Both the position numbers and the translations under genes were made by a program. A stretch of DNA of 64,000 nucleotides from Candidatus Bathyarchaeia archaeon (GTDB taxonomy: Archaea > Thermoproteota > Bathyarchaeia > Bathyarchaeales > Bathycorpusculaceae). The notes under the pieces are model-generated. The model was not told the origin of the DNA. It made no database searches and saw nothing but the letters and a program-made list of their open reading frames with translations. The stretch is taken from NCBI GenBank assembly GCA_049521795.1, contig JBEKOM010000009.1, positions 1 to 64,000 on the forward strand, written 5' to 3'. Below are positions 1-8,301 of this stretch, one piece after another (position 1 is the stretch's first letter; each line of letters opens with the position of its first letter).

Positions 1-373
1 TTTCGTGATGTTCGTCAAAACACCGCTGCTCCCGTTCAAAAGCTACTACAGCACTCGTCGAAGGTCCTAGTGACTTAAGAAGGTAGCGACGATCCCGCGC
101 GCCACTTGCGCCTTCTGAAGATAGCGCGCGCTTCTTAAGTGTTGTTATAGCTGGTTCTGGTCTATCATCGGGTGATGCTTCTCCCTGTAACAGATCGGGT
201 GATAGCCAAAAACGGGCCCTAACGAGTTTTGCAGATTTCCTCAAAAGGAAAGAGAGGGGTTTCCAATGATCCAACCCTGTAGCAAACTGACAGGCTCCAG
301 TTGCATTTGTTGGATTGAACCTATGGAAACCCTTCCAAGACTGAAGGGTTCCTAAATAAAAGTGTTAGCGCAC

Positions 374-434
374 GGTTCTGTTACCTCTACGGTTGACGAG
401 GCATTTCCATTGGGCTGTTACCTTTCGGTTGATG
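374..434. repeat. Direct-repeat pair 1 (GGTTCTGTTACCTCTACGGTTGA ... CTGTTACCTTTCGGTTGA)
   Basis: Two near-identical ~18-nt units starting at 378 and 415; resembles the pairs at 695 and 1759. Confidence 0.7.
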
Positions 435-694
435 ACCTGAATAGACAGAAAAAAGATGGGAATCTTATTGACCTTGCATTTTCCGCGTGATAGTGCAATT
501 CATTTCATTTTTTCTTTTTCGTTCTTGCATTTCTTTCTTGTTTTGCATATAGCGCATGTTTTTCACTTCCTTACTGTTTCTAAGCTGCTTTGCCAAAAAG
601 TAAAAGCGGAGAACCCGATTTTCTCGGTCTTACTGGGCAAAAACTTTTGCTTCTGGCAAGATGGGAAGCGGAGTATATTAACTTGTTGGATTCA

Positions 695-746
695 GGTTCT
701 GTAAACTCTTCGTCTGTTGAATTTCTCTGTAAACTTTCGTCTGTTG
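695..746. repeat. Direct-repeat pair 2 (TCTGTAAACTCTTCGTCTGTTG / TCTGTAAACTTTCGTCTGTTG)
   Basis: Units at 698-719 and 726-746 differ by a single indel; about 90 bp upstream of the Lrp gene. Confidence 0.8.
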
Positions 747-835
747 GCAACTGAAAACGGGCCCATGCGAGTTTTCCAGAATTCTGAAACGGACAATCAA
801 AGCTTTTAAGTTCATAAGAAGGGAAATACTGAGCC

Positions 836-1393
836 ATGGACCTTGAAAGAGAGAAAGTCTTGAAAGACGTAGAGTTGAGGCTAGTTTCTCAGCTTATGAA
901 GAACAGTCGCAGGAGCGATAGGGAGCTGGCGAAAGTCCTTCATGTTTCTCAGCCTACAGTCAGCAGAGCAATCAAGAAACTTGAGAAGCAAGGCTTAATC
1001 AAAGAGTATACGATAGTTCCTGACTTCACCATGCTTGGGTTTGAGCTAATGGCATTAACTTTCATCAGCATTAAACCCACGCTGGACCTGACAGAAGCTA
1101 GCGAAGCAAGGAAATTGGCTGAAGAAAAGGTGAAAGAAAGTCCTAGAAATATCATGATGCTTGAAAAAGGCATAGGGCTGAATCATACTGGCGTAGTCAT
1201 TACGTTCCACAAGAACTATTCTGCCTACACGCGGTTTATTCAGACATTCAGAGAGGCTCAGACAACTCAAGCCTACGTTGATGAGAACGTTGAAAGCTTC
1301 TTGATAGACTTGAAAGACAAAATACGCTACCGTCCTTTGACGTTAGCGGCACTTGCTGACCATATATTGAAAATGAATAAGGAGAAAGAATAG
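836..1393 (+). CDS. Lrp/AsnC family transcriptional regulator
   Basis: N-terminal HTH 'KNSRRSDRELAKVLHVSQPTVSRAIKKLEKQGLIKEYTIVPDF' followed by a RAM-like domain. Confidence 0.9.
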   Translation: MDLEREKVLKDVELRLVSQLMKNSRRSDRELAKVLHVSQPTVSRAIKKLEKQGLIKEYTIVPDFTMLGFELMALTFISIKPTLDLTEASEARKLAEEKVKESPRNIMMLEKGIGLNHTGVVITFHKNYSAYTRFIQTFREAQTTQAYVDENVESFLIDLKDKIRYRPLTLAALADHILKMNKEKE

Positions 1394-1500
1394 CAAGGCT
1401 TCACTTTTGCCATAGACTTCTTACTGTCCATGAGTCTTGTTTCGTTTTGATTTAGATATTGTGGGCCCTATGCGCAATTCCGATTTTTCTTTTGGTGAAA

Positions 1501-1650
1501 AGCGCGCGCGCTCTGGGATAAAACTTTACCCACACACACCTTCTACGACTACGACTCTCTGACTTACTCCACTATACTTACTTACTCTCTCTTCACACAC
1601 AACAAGCACACATAACAAACACACATAACATACACGCGGGCGCGCGCGCA
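1501..1650. repeat. Low-complexity C/A-rich tract bounded by (GC)n palindromes
   Basis: AGCGCGCGCGCT at 1501, then a G-poor tract of CACAC, CTACGA, ACTT and ACACATAACA units, then GCGCGCGCGC at 1640. Confidence 0.6.
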
Positions 1651-1700
1651 ACGAATGCTATGAGCCTTGCGAAAAGGGGTTCTGGTCTATCGTCGGGTGA

Positions 1701-2465
1701 TTAGTCTTCGTGGTGCAAGTCGGGTGATGATTTGATTTTTTGCGGTATTGCTTTTTGAGGTTCTGTGAAGTCTGCGTCGGATGGTTTTCCCTGTGAAATT
1801 TCGTCGGATGATTTCATACATGAAGATGGTTTGGAGACATATTGACATAGACTGGATAATCTTCGCCGTATCTCTTGGATGCGTTCTCTCATAGTCATAA
1901 CAGGCATTTTGACACCGAGTGCTTCCCAAGTATGGGAGTAGTCATCTAGATTTCCATTAACAAGTTTGGTTAAACAACTGATAGCAGCATTCTCATTTCC
2001 TGTCAGAGATATTGCTCTGACATCGGCAGCTATTTCTTGCTCTTTAGCGATGACAGACAAAGGGGGAGGGATATTGAGTAGATACAAAAACACTTGTACC
2101 CCCTTTAGGAAGGTGTGAACATCGCTTTTGCGATTTCTTATGAGTCCATCTATGAATCCATCAATAGCACGAGGCATAACATGATTAAGATAGATGTGGG
2201 AAGTTTCATGTGCCAACATGAACCTCTGTTCATCGTAGGTTAGAGTTCTGTTCAAATAATCCTTGTTTACGGACACGTTTCCGAAAACTACATTGACTTT
2301 CAGATTCACGACAGGAATCGTGCCGTTAATATATAGTCCGATAGCCTTTGCTATGTTGTCCCGACAATTGGTAACAATGATAACTCGCATGTCAACATTC
2401 AAAAACTCTAAAAACTGATTGACTTCAATTTGCATCTCTTGTATCTGCATAAGGATCTCTGACAA
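1701..2465 (-). CDS. M48 (HtpX-like) zinc metallopeptidase
   Basis: HExxH motif 'LAHETSH', 'EQEIAADVRA' (ExxAD) and a 'RERI' tail motif; AT-rich; TTG start. Confidence 0.75.
   Translation of the reverse strand: MSEILMQIQEMQIEVNQFLEFLNVDMRVIIVTNCRDNIAKAIGLYINGTIPVVNLKVNVVFGNVSVNKDYLNRTLTYDEQRFMLAHETSHIYLNHVMPRAIDGFIDGLIRNRKSDVHTFLKGVQVFLYLLNIPPPLSVIAKEQEIAADVRAISLTGNENAAISCLTKLVNGNLDDYSHTWEALGVKMPVMTMRERIQEIRRRLSSLCQYVSKPSSCMKSSDEISQGKPSDADFTEPQKAIPQKIKSSPDLHHED
1759..1810. repeat. Direct-repeat pair 3 (GGTTCTGTGAAGTCTGCGTCGGATG ... CTGTGAAATTTCGTCGGATG)
   Basis: Aligns without gaps to 695-746 over 52 nt with about 40 identities (counted by eye); lies in the tail of the M48 ORF. Confidence 0.7.
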
Positions 2466-2661
2466 TTACATTGTAAACTTGGGATAAGCCTTCTGATAGC
2501 GCGCGCTAGGACTCCTTGTAGAAGGGTTTTATCTGCTTCTTCCATAAACCACATAACTCAGCGCGCGCGCTTAGCGTACGCTAATATCTACTCAGGTGAC
2601 TTGAAAAAAGAATATAAAAACGGGGAGAAAACCAATCTTAGAATGGAGCTTTTGGCTTGAT

Positions 2662-2811
2662 CTAGTATTGGCTTCTTCTTGGGGGTGCTCTCTTAGCGTA
2701 ACATTCTCGGCAGTATACTGGTCTGCTGCCATCAGGCTTGAATGGCACTTCACATTCCTTTTTGCATTCAGCGCAAACTGCCTTGTGCATTTCTCTTCTC
2801 TCATATGTCAA
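2662..2811 (-). CDS. CxxC-x17-CxxC small zinc-binding protein
   Basis: 'EMHKAVCAECKKECEVPFKPDGSRPVYCREC' is the family signature; TTG start at 2811 chosen from the upstream AAGGAG. Confidence 0.9.
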   Translation of the reverse strand: MTYERREMHKAVCAECKKECEVPFKPDGSRPVYCRECYAKRAPPRRSQY

Positions 2812-3154
2812 CTCACTCAACTCCTTTACGGTTGCTGTGCAAAAATCACTTCTTACACGCTGCACCTACCCTTCACACCGATACTTATAAACAAAATGCC
2901 TCATAAATCATAAAGCCTAGACTAGCGCGCACGCTTCTACAGAAAATCTTTATGCGTCGCCCGTCATGCAGCGCGCGCTGAAAGGGATTGTGACGGGTTT
3001 GTTACACGTTTTGTTACAATTTCACGGTAAAAACCGTTCATTACGTTATCGCGCGCGCTCGAACTCCAAAAGCCTGCGTCAGTGCGAACGACCAAAGAAA
3101 TGAAGAAAGCGCGCGCCCAAAAACTAAAAGCCAAGTGTTCAGAAACAGTAAAAG

Positions 3155-3391
3155 GTGATTTGGATGCCTACGGCATATTTGTTGATAAATTCAGAAGAAT
3201 ATCACCCAAAGTTGATGAAAGCATTGAGGGAGATTAAGGGAGTTGAAGAAGCTTATCCTCTCTACGGCGTCTATGACATCATTGTAAGAACAAGAGCGGA
3301 TACTATGAACAAGCTTAAAGAAATACATGACAAGATAAGGAGACTGGAGAGAGTTAAATCAACAATAACGATGATCGCACATGAAGGATAG
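3155..3391 (+). CDS. Stand-alone Lrp/AsnC ligand-binding (RAM) domain protein
   Basis: 'MPTAYLLIN...GVEEAYPLYGVYDIIVR...KIRRLERVKSTITMI'; ATG at 3164 is the likely start. Confidence 0.85.
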   Translation: MIWMPTAYLLINSEEYHPKLMKALREIKGVEEAYPLYGVYDIIVRTRADTMNKLKEIHDKIRRLERVKSTITMIAHEG

Positions 3392-3503
3392 AAAAAGTTT
3401 TCTTCTTTTGGCGCGCGCTAGCAGAAACAGAGTTTCCTTCACTATCCGAGATTCATAACATTTTTACATCATCTTCTTTAGTTATCCAAGAGGGAGTTTG
3501 AAG

Positions 3504-3671
3504 ATGGTTAATTGTCCAGAATGTGGGAAACTATTGAAAAAAGGCTCGCGCAAGAAAAGGTACTGCTGCGAAAACAGCGCTTGTTCCGTTATGTTTGTTC
3601 TTCATCCTGACAATCAATCTATAATGGAGATAAAATACAAGGCCAGCGCGACCTCCAAGGCTTCCGTATGA
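3504..3671 (+). CDS. Small Cys-rich zinc-finger protein, 55 aa (not in ORF track)
   Basis: Manual translation MVNCPECGKLLKKGSRKKRYCCENSACSVMFVLHPDNQSIMEIKYKASATSKASV*; CPxCG knuckle plus C-x4-C; AGGGAG upstream. Confidence 0.65.
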   Translation: MVNCPECGKLLKKGSRKKRYCCENSACSVMFVLHPDNQSIMEIKYKASATSKASV

Positions 3672-3802
3672 AGCGACCCGTCTTAAGGTCTCTGTAACGC
3701 GCGCGCTCGATGAAAACAAAACGATTCTTGTGGTTGAGAGGTTGTGCTTTCTCCTTCTAGGTTGAGCCGTGTCCAAGATGGTTCAGGCTTCTACGAACTT
3801 AG

Positions 3803-3972
3803 ACCCGAATGGGTTCGAGTCCACTGCTTCAAATATCCTGTAACCAGCATTCTCTTTGTCTTAGGCCAGCTGGTTCAGAGCGCGCGCGCAAACAGGTGGC
3901 ACCTCACACAAAAGCGGATCCGACGGGACCCGTACCCAAAAGGGTTCGAGTCCAATTCCTCTTCTGAAATAT
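3803..3972. repeat. Two copies of ACCC-N4-GGGTTCGAGTCCA...CTTC..AAATAT
   Basis: Copies at 3803-3836 and 3934-3972; the core resembles a tRNA T-arm. Confidence 0.6.
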
Positions 3973-4086
3973 GATAGGGCTACGCGCGCTCACTACTCTG
4001 CATTTCCGACGATTTGATTCGAAAGGTCTTCCCTGGAGATTTGGAAAGACATTAACTGTAACAAGCGATTTAGCGCGCAAATGCTT

Positions 4087-6222
4087 CTAAACGTTCCCAA
4101 CAAGCAGGCGTCCCGTTGCTGCATCCATGTTGATGGTGCGTCTTGCCTTCTTCGTTTTGTGCCGCACCTTAAGGGCCCAGATGGGCAGCAGAACCAGTTC
4201 CGCTGACTCTGACTTCACGCCTATCTTCAATTCCAACGTCTGACACGCTTTATTCTTGCTTAGCCTTATCTGGGGTAACTTATCCATTTCGCCGGGCATT
4301 TTTGAAACGAATGTAAAGCGTTTGTCCTGATCCAGATTTCTGAGTTTCTGAGACGTGTCTGAAAGCAACTTGTGGAACATTATCTTCCTTTTTTCCAGCG
4401 ATACTAGGTCACCCGTCTCTCCGCTGACGTAGTATGTGCGTGCCTCTTTCTTCTTGACGAGAAGCAATCGTGTTTCTTTGGTTGCCTTCACTCTCCAGAG
4501 GGGCACGTAGCGGAACTCAGCATCGTAGACTTGCTCGTCTTTATGAAACACTCCTCCCTTAAGCAGAGGAGCAGACTTTTTCACGGCTTCTGCTTGGCTG
4601 ATTACTGGAGAAATCATCAACACTTCACCGCTAATGCCTATAGACGGGTCCAAGTTGAATTCTGACAGCCAGTACAAGGTTTCACCATCAGCCTTGTTTC
4701 GGCCCTTCTTGACTATTCCAGCTTTTACAAGACTAGACAAGACCCTCTCAGAGTCCCCCTGACTTATCTTCAGGTCCCTTGCTACCAACGATGCTGGAAC
4801 GGCCCTTCCTTCTGAACGGAGTAACCGTTGAATCTTTTCATCCAGAGTCTTGGACGGCTCAAAATGGGCAGCATTAGTCCATTTTTTCATGGCCTCCGCC
4901 TGCACGTGTTTCTCGAAAAAGGCCCTTGATTCTGCTGGCACGTGCTGGGCTAGATCCCTCTCGTCCAACGTCAAGTGTTTACTGACCAACCACCGAACGT
5001 CAAAATCGACTACGTCACTGTATAGGTCTGGAGACAGGAGGAGAAACTCGCCCGTCCGCAGGCTGGGTAGCTTCTGCAAAACGGCATCAGCATGAGTGGG
5101 GTCGATGGACTGAATGATTTTCTGGACTCTCGCGATGTCTTGAGTTGTCATCATGCGACCTAGACACCACGTGTTGACCTGCGCCAATGCTTTGTAGTCT
5201 ATGTCTGTGATGTTCTGGGTGGCCGCAACGAGTCCTATGCCGTACTTTCTCGCCTGCTTAAACAGGAGCGTGTAAGCGTTTTTTGGCGGCGGGTTCCTCG
5301 GGTAGGGTGGAATGTAAGGTGAGATTTCATCTACGTAGAAGAGCATCTGCAAATCGTTGGAAGGGTTCTTCAGCATCCAACAATAAAGCTCCTTAAGCAA
5401 CGTAGCCAAGAAAAACTGTTTATCGTTCTCAGACGTCAACGTGTTAAGATAGATTATGTTCACCGGTACTTTTCCATCGCTGTTGTCCACGAACATGTTG
5501 ATGTCTATTTGGACTCCCATCTGAAACATGAGCGACGAAGTGCCCACTGTCAAGAAACGCAGCTTTCGGGCAATCTCCTCAGGTTCCTTCTTCGCCACAA
5601 GACCGTTCAGAGTCGCAGTTATCTTCTCAGGAGGGTTCATTACCACGTCGGCGAGTTGAGCCATGTCACTGATTCTCTGTCCCTGTTGCCACATGTATTC
5701 CAGAATCGTGAAGATGTAGGCCTTCGCACTTTTTCCAGCGTTCGCGTTCAAATCATAACCTAGGAAGCCCGCTAGAGAATCCGCCGTGAGATCAATGGCC
5801 TGTACCGCCTCCTCATGCGGAATGTCCTGTGAAGGAGACCTGAAAGGGTTGACACATATCGGAATCGCCCTGTTGCTCGCAGGAGTAAAAATCGCAACAC
5901 GCGCCTTACCAAAATAGTCCTCCTGCACTTCAACCCCTGTCCCATGCCGCCTCAACTCTTCGACGTCACCCTTTATCGCAAGGGACGAAATGTCCCCCTG
6001 CGGATCGACTATCAGGACTGGGACGTTGTTCCGCACGGCCTCCTCAATGACACATTTGCACAACACGGTCTTACCCGAGCCGCTTCCCCCGAGTGCCATT
6101 AAATGACGCTTGAAAGCCTGAATCGGCAACAGAACCTCGGCTTCATCAGCCACGGTTTTGCCTAAGAACAGGAAACCCGAAGCGGCATTTCCTGAGTCAT
6201 CCTCACCTATTTCCGTGCTCAT
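4087..6222 (-). CDS. HerA/FtsK-superfamily ATPase (DUF87/DUF853-like) with C-terminal winged-helix and extra domain
   Basis: Walker A 'GGSGSGKT', Walker B 'LFYVDE', Arg finger 'QARKYG', 'ATQN'; wHTH-like 'ASLVARDLKISQGDSERVLSSLVKAGIV'. Confidence 0.8.
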   Translation of the reverse strand: MSTEIGEDDSGNAASGFLFLGKTVADEAEVLLPIQAFKRHLMALGGSGSGKTVLCKCVIEEAVRNNVPVLIVDPQGDISSLAIKGDVEELRRHGTGVEVQEDYFGKARVAIFTPASNRAIPICVNPFRSPSQDIPHEEAVQAIDLTADSLAGFLGYDLNANAGKSAKAYIFTILEYMWQQGQRISDMAQLADVVMNPPEKITATLNGLVAKKEPEEIARKLRFLTVGTSSLMFQMGVQIDINMFVDNSDGKVPVNIIYLNTLTSENDKQFFLATLLKELYCWMLKNPSNDLQMLFYVDEISPYIPPYPRNPPPKNAYTLLFKQARKYGIGLVAATQNITDIDYKALAQVNTWCLGRMMTTQDIARVQKIIQSIDPTHADAVLQKLPSLRTGEFLLLSPDLYSDVVDFDVRWLVSKHLTLDERDLAQHVPAESRAFFEKHVQAEAMKKWTNAAHFEPSKTLDEKIQRLLRSEGRAVPASLVARDLKISQGDSERVLSSLVKAGIVKKGRNKADGETLYWLSEFNLDPSIGISGEVLMISPVISQAEAVKKSAPLLKGGVFHKDEQVYDAEFRYVPLWRVKATKETRLLLVKKKEARTYYVSGETGDLVSLEKRKIMFHKLLSDTSQKLRNLDQDKRFTFVSKMPGEMDKLPQIRLSKNKACQTLELKIGVKSESAELVLLPIWALKVRHKTKKARRTINMDAATGRLLVGNV

Positions 6223-6400
6223 TCATGGTTCATCTCCAAAACGGCGAGTGCCAAGTAGCTCAGGCACGTTGTAATTGTCCTCTGCCCATTTAACGATTAC
6301 TTTGGCGCGTCACTGTCAACTCTAGTGCGCCATGAAGAGCGGAACGTGTTGGTTCCATTGCTAAAAAGAAATGGGCTTCGGCGGTTCCATACCCAAATAG

Positions 6401-6478
6401 TGGCGGGCCCGACGGGAATTGAACCCGTGGCCTACGGATTAAGAGTCCGCCGCTCTAACCTTACTGAGCTACGGGCCC
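6401..6478 (-). tRNA. tRNA-Lys(CTT), intronless, CCA encoded
   Basis: Reverse complement GGGCCCGTAGCTCAGTAAGGTTAGAGCGGCGGACTCTTAATCCGTAGGCCACGGGTTCAATTCCCGTCGGGCCCGCCA folds as a cloverleaf with anticodon CTT. Confidence 0.97.
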
Positions 6479-6752
6479 ACGTGGTTTCTTTCAGAAAAGA
6501 ACTAACGGAGGGAATTTAGAGCTTTCGGTATCGTTTCGTGCGTCGACCTTACAAGTTCATCTGTGTTTGTTTCTCTTTCCTTTTCTGAACTGCCTCCCGC
6601 ATCAAATTCTTAGTCGAGGAACGACTCTCCTCCGTGGTTCCTATCCATTCTTTCGTTCAACATAACTATATTCCTAGCTTTTGCAGATCATACGACAGCG
6701 CACGAGATCGATCTGAGACTAAAGCTTTAAGTCTCCACCTTTAATTCCCGTT

Positions 6753-7571
6753 GTGAAGAGGTTGGAAGGTTTGGGTGAGCTGGTTTTCGTTGGACTTGGG
6801 CTGCATGATCATTTGGGGATAAGTCTTCGAGGACTGGAGGAAACGAAGACGGCAGACGATGTTTTCATCGAGCTGTATACAAGCTTGCTCCCGGACTTTT
6901 CGATGAAACTCTTCGCAGAACTTTCAGGCAAGAAGCCTCAATTGGTTGTGAGAAGAGACCTTGAAGAAGGGAACGGAAAAATCATTCTGGACACTGCGGG
7001 CGGTGGCAAGGCTGTTTTGCTTGTCCCCGGCGATCCCATGATCGCAACGACTCACGTTGCTTTGCGGATCGAAGCTGAAAAGCGTGGAATAAGAACCCGA
7101 ATAATCCACGGAGCGTCAATACTTTCGGCAGCAATCGGTCTCTCGGGATTGCACAACTACAAGTTTGGAAAAAGCGTGACCATACCTTTCCCAGACGAGG
7201 TCTCATCTGAGACTCCATACGAAGTCATTGCTCAAAACAAGGAGCTGGGGCTTCACACCCTTTGCTTGCTAGACATCGAAGTGAGCGGAAATCGTTACTT
7301 AAGCATAAGCGACGCCTTGAGAGAGTTGTCGAAAACAGAGGCTAAGAGAAAAAATAACGTGGTCACCATGGATACGCTTGCCGTTGGCGTTGCGAGAGCT
7401 GGAAGCAGCAACCCTAGAGTCAAGGCAGGGTCTGTGATGCACATTCTAGACTTTGATTTTGGTCAGCCGCCTCATGGCTTAATCTTCCCCGGGAGGCTGC
7501 ACTTCATGGAGGCTGAGGCATTAATAGTGTTAGCGGGCGCTCCTGAAACCTTGAGAAGGCTTGCAGAATGA
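6753..7571 (+). CDS. dph5: Diphthine synthase
   Basis: 'LVFVGLGL', 'ELYTS', 'PGDPMIATTH', 'GLHNYKFGKSVTIPF', 'GLHTLCLLDI'; start probably TTG 6771. Confidence 0.95.
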   Translation: MKRLEGLGELVFVGLGLHDHLGISLRGLEETKTADDVFIELYTSLLPDFSMKLFAELSGKKPQLVVRRDLEEGNGKIILDTAGGGKAVLLVPGDPMIATTHVALRIEAEKRGIRTRIIHGASILSAAIGLSGLHNYKFGKSVTIPFPDEVSSETPYEVIAQNKELGLHTLCLLDIEVSGNRYLSISDALRELSKTEAKRKNNVVTMDTLAVGVARAGSSNPRVKAGSVMHILDFDFGQPPHGLIFPGRLHFMEAEALIVLAGAPETLRRLAE

Positions 7572-7858
7572 GCCTGGATGAGCTTGCTTCAAAGTACATC
7601 AACTCTGCCGGACGAGTCTTCACTGAGATGACAGTCCGCGGGGACCCTCTTAGCGTGAATGTTGGAAACGTGAGAAAGGTTGTAGACTGCGCTAAGGACT
7701 ACCTTGAAGATGCGAGGTATTATATGGAAAAGAAGAAATTTGAGGTGAGCTTAACTTCTGTCGCCTATTGCGAAGGCTTGCTCGACGCACTTAGAATGTT
7801 AGGAGCGGTCAGTTTCGAATGGCCAAAAAAACCGCAGAAACCGAGAAGCGCAAAGTAG
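7568..7858 (+). CDS. DUF357 family protein
   Basis: 'AKDYLEDARYY...SVAYCEGLLDALR'; usual neighbour of dph5. Confidence 0.85.
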   Translation: MSLDELASKYINSAGRVFTEMTVRGDPLSVNVGNVRKVVDCAKDYLEDARYYMEKKKFEVSLTSVAYCEGLLDALRMLGAVSFEWPKKPQKPRSAK

Positions 7859-8295
7859 TCCTTGCCTCAGGCGTTTTCGACCTGCTGCACTTGGGACACG
7901 TGCGGTTTCTTGAGGAAGCAAAAAAGGCAGGCGGTCCGAACGCCAAGCTCATAGTGATCGTGGCAAGGGACAGCACGGTGGAGAAAAGGAAAGGGAAGAA
8001 GCCGGTGATACCCGAGTATCAACGTTGCGCGCTAGTCGCTTCATTGAAGGTCGTTGACGAAGCCATGCTGGGATATGAGGATTTTAGCATGCGGAAGGTT
8101 CTTGAAAAGATCAGGCCAGATGTCGTTGCGGTCGGTCATGACAGCGATGTCAGCGGGTTAGAGCGGGAAGTAAGAGATGTGATCAAGAAAAAAGGATTAG
8201 ACATAAAGATCGTGAAGATCAGCAAGTTCAGCTCAGACAAACTGGACAGTTCGTCAAAGATCAAGCAGAGAATCGTCGAGCAGGTCAAAGGTTGA
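7819..8295 (+). CDS. ribL: Archaeal FAD synthase (cytidylyltransferase family)
   Basis: 'ASGVFDLLHLGH' HxGH motif, 'VIVARD', 'RPDVVAVGHD', 'SSSKIK'. Confidence 0.85.
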   Translation: MAKKTAETEKRKVVLASGVFDLLHLGHVRFLEEAKKAGGPNAKLIVIVARDSTVEKRKGKKPVIPEYQRCALVASLKVVDEAMLGYEDFSMRKVLEKIRPDVVAVGHDSDVSGLEREVRDVIKKKGLDIKIVKISKFSSDKLDSSSKIKQRIVEQVKG

Positions 8296-8301
8296 AAGCG
8301 G

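Noticed and set aside
1-335. Minus-strand frame open to the left edge of the window
   Set aside because: No convincing start or motif, and it contains two (GC)n palindromes typical of spacers; cannot be supported.
580-837. 85-aa minus-strand ORF and overlapping 456-704 plus-strand ORF
   Set aside because: They cover the repeat pair and T-rich tract, have biased composition and no recognisable domain; probably shadows of non-coding DNA.
2986-3037. TTTGTTACA x2 and ACGGT-AAAA-ACCGT hairpin upstream of the RAM-domain gene
   Set aside because: Plausible operator but too short to distinguish from chance.
3803-3972. Possible tRNA genes from GGTTCGAGTCC motifs
   Set aside because: No acceptor, D or anticodon arms can be formed; kept only as a repeat.
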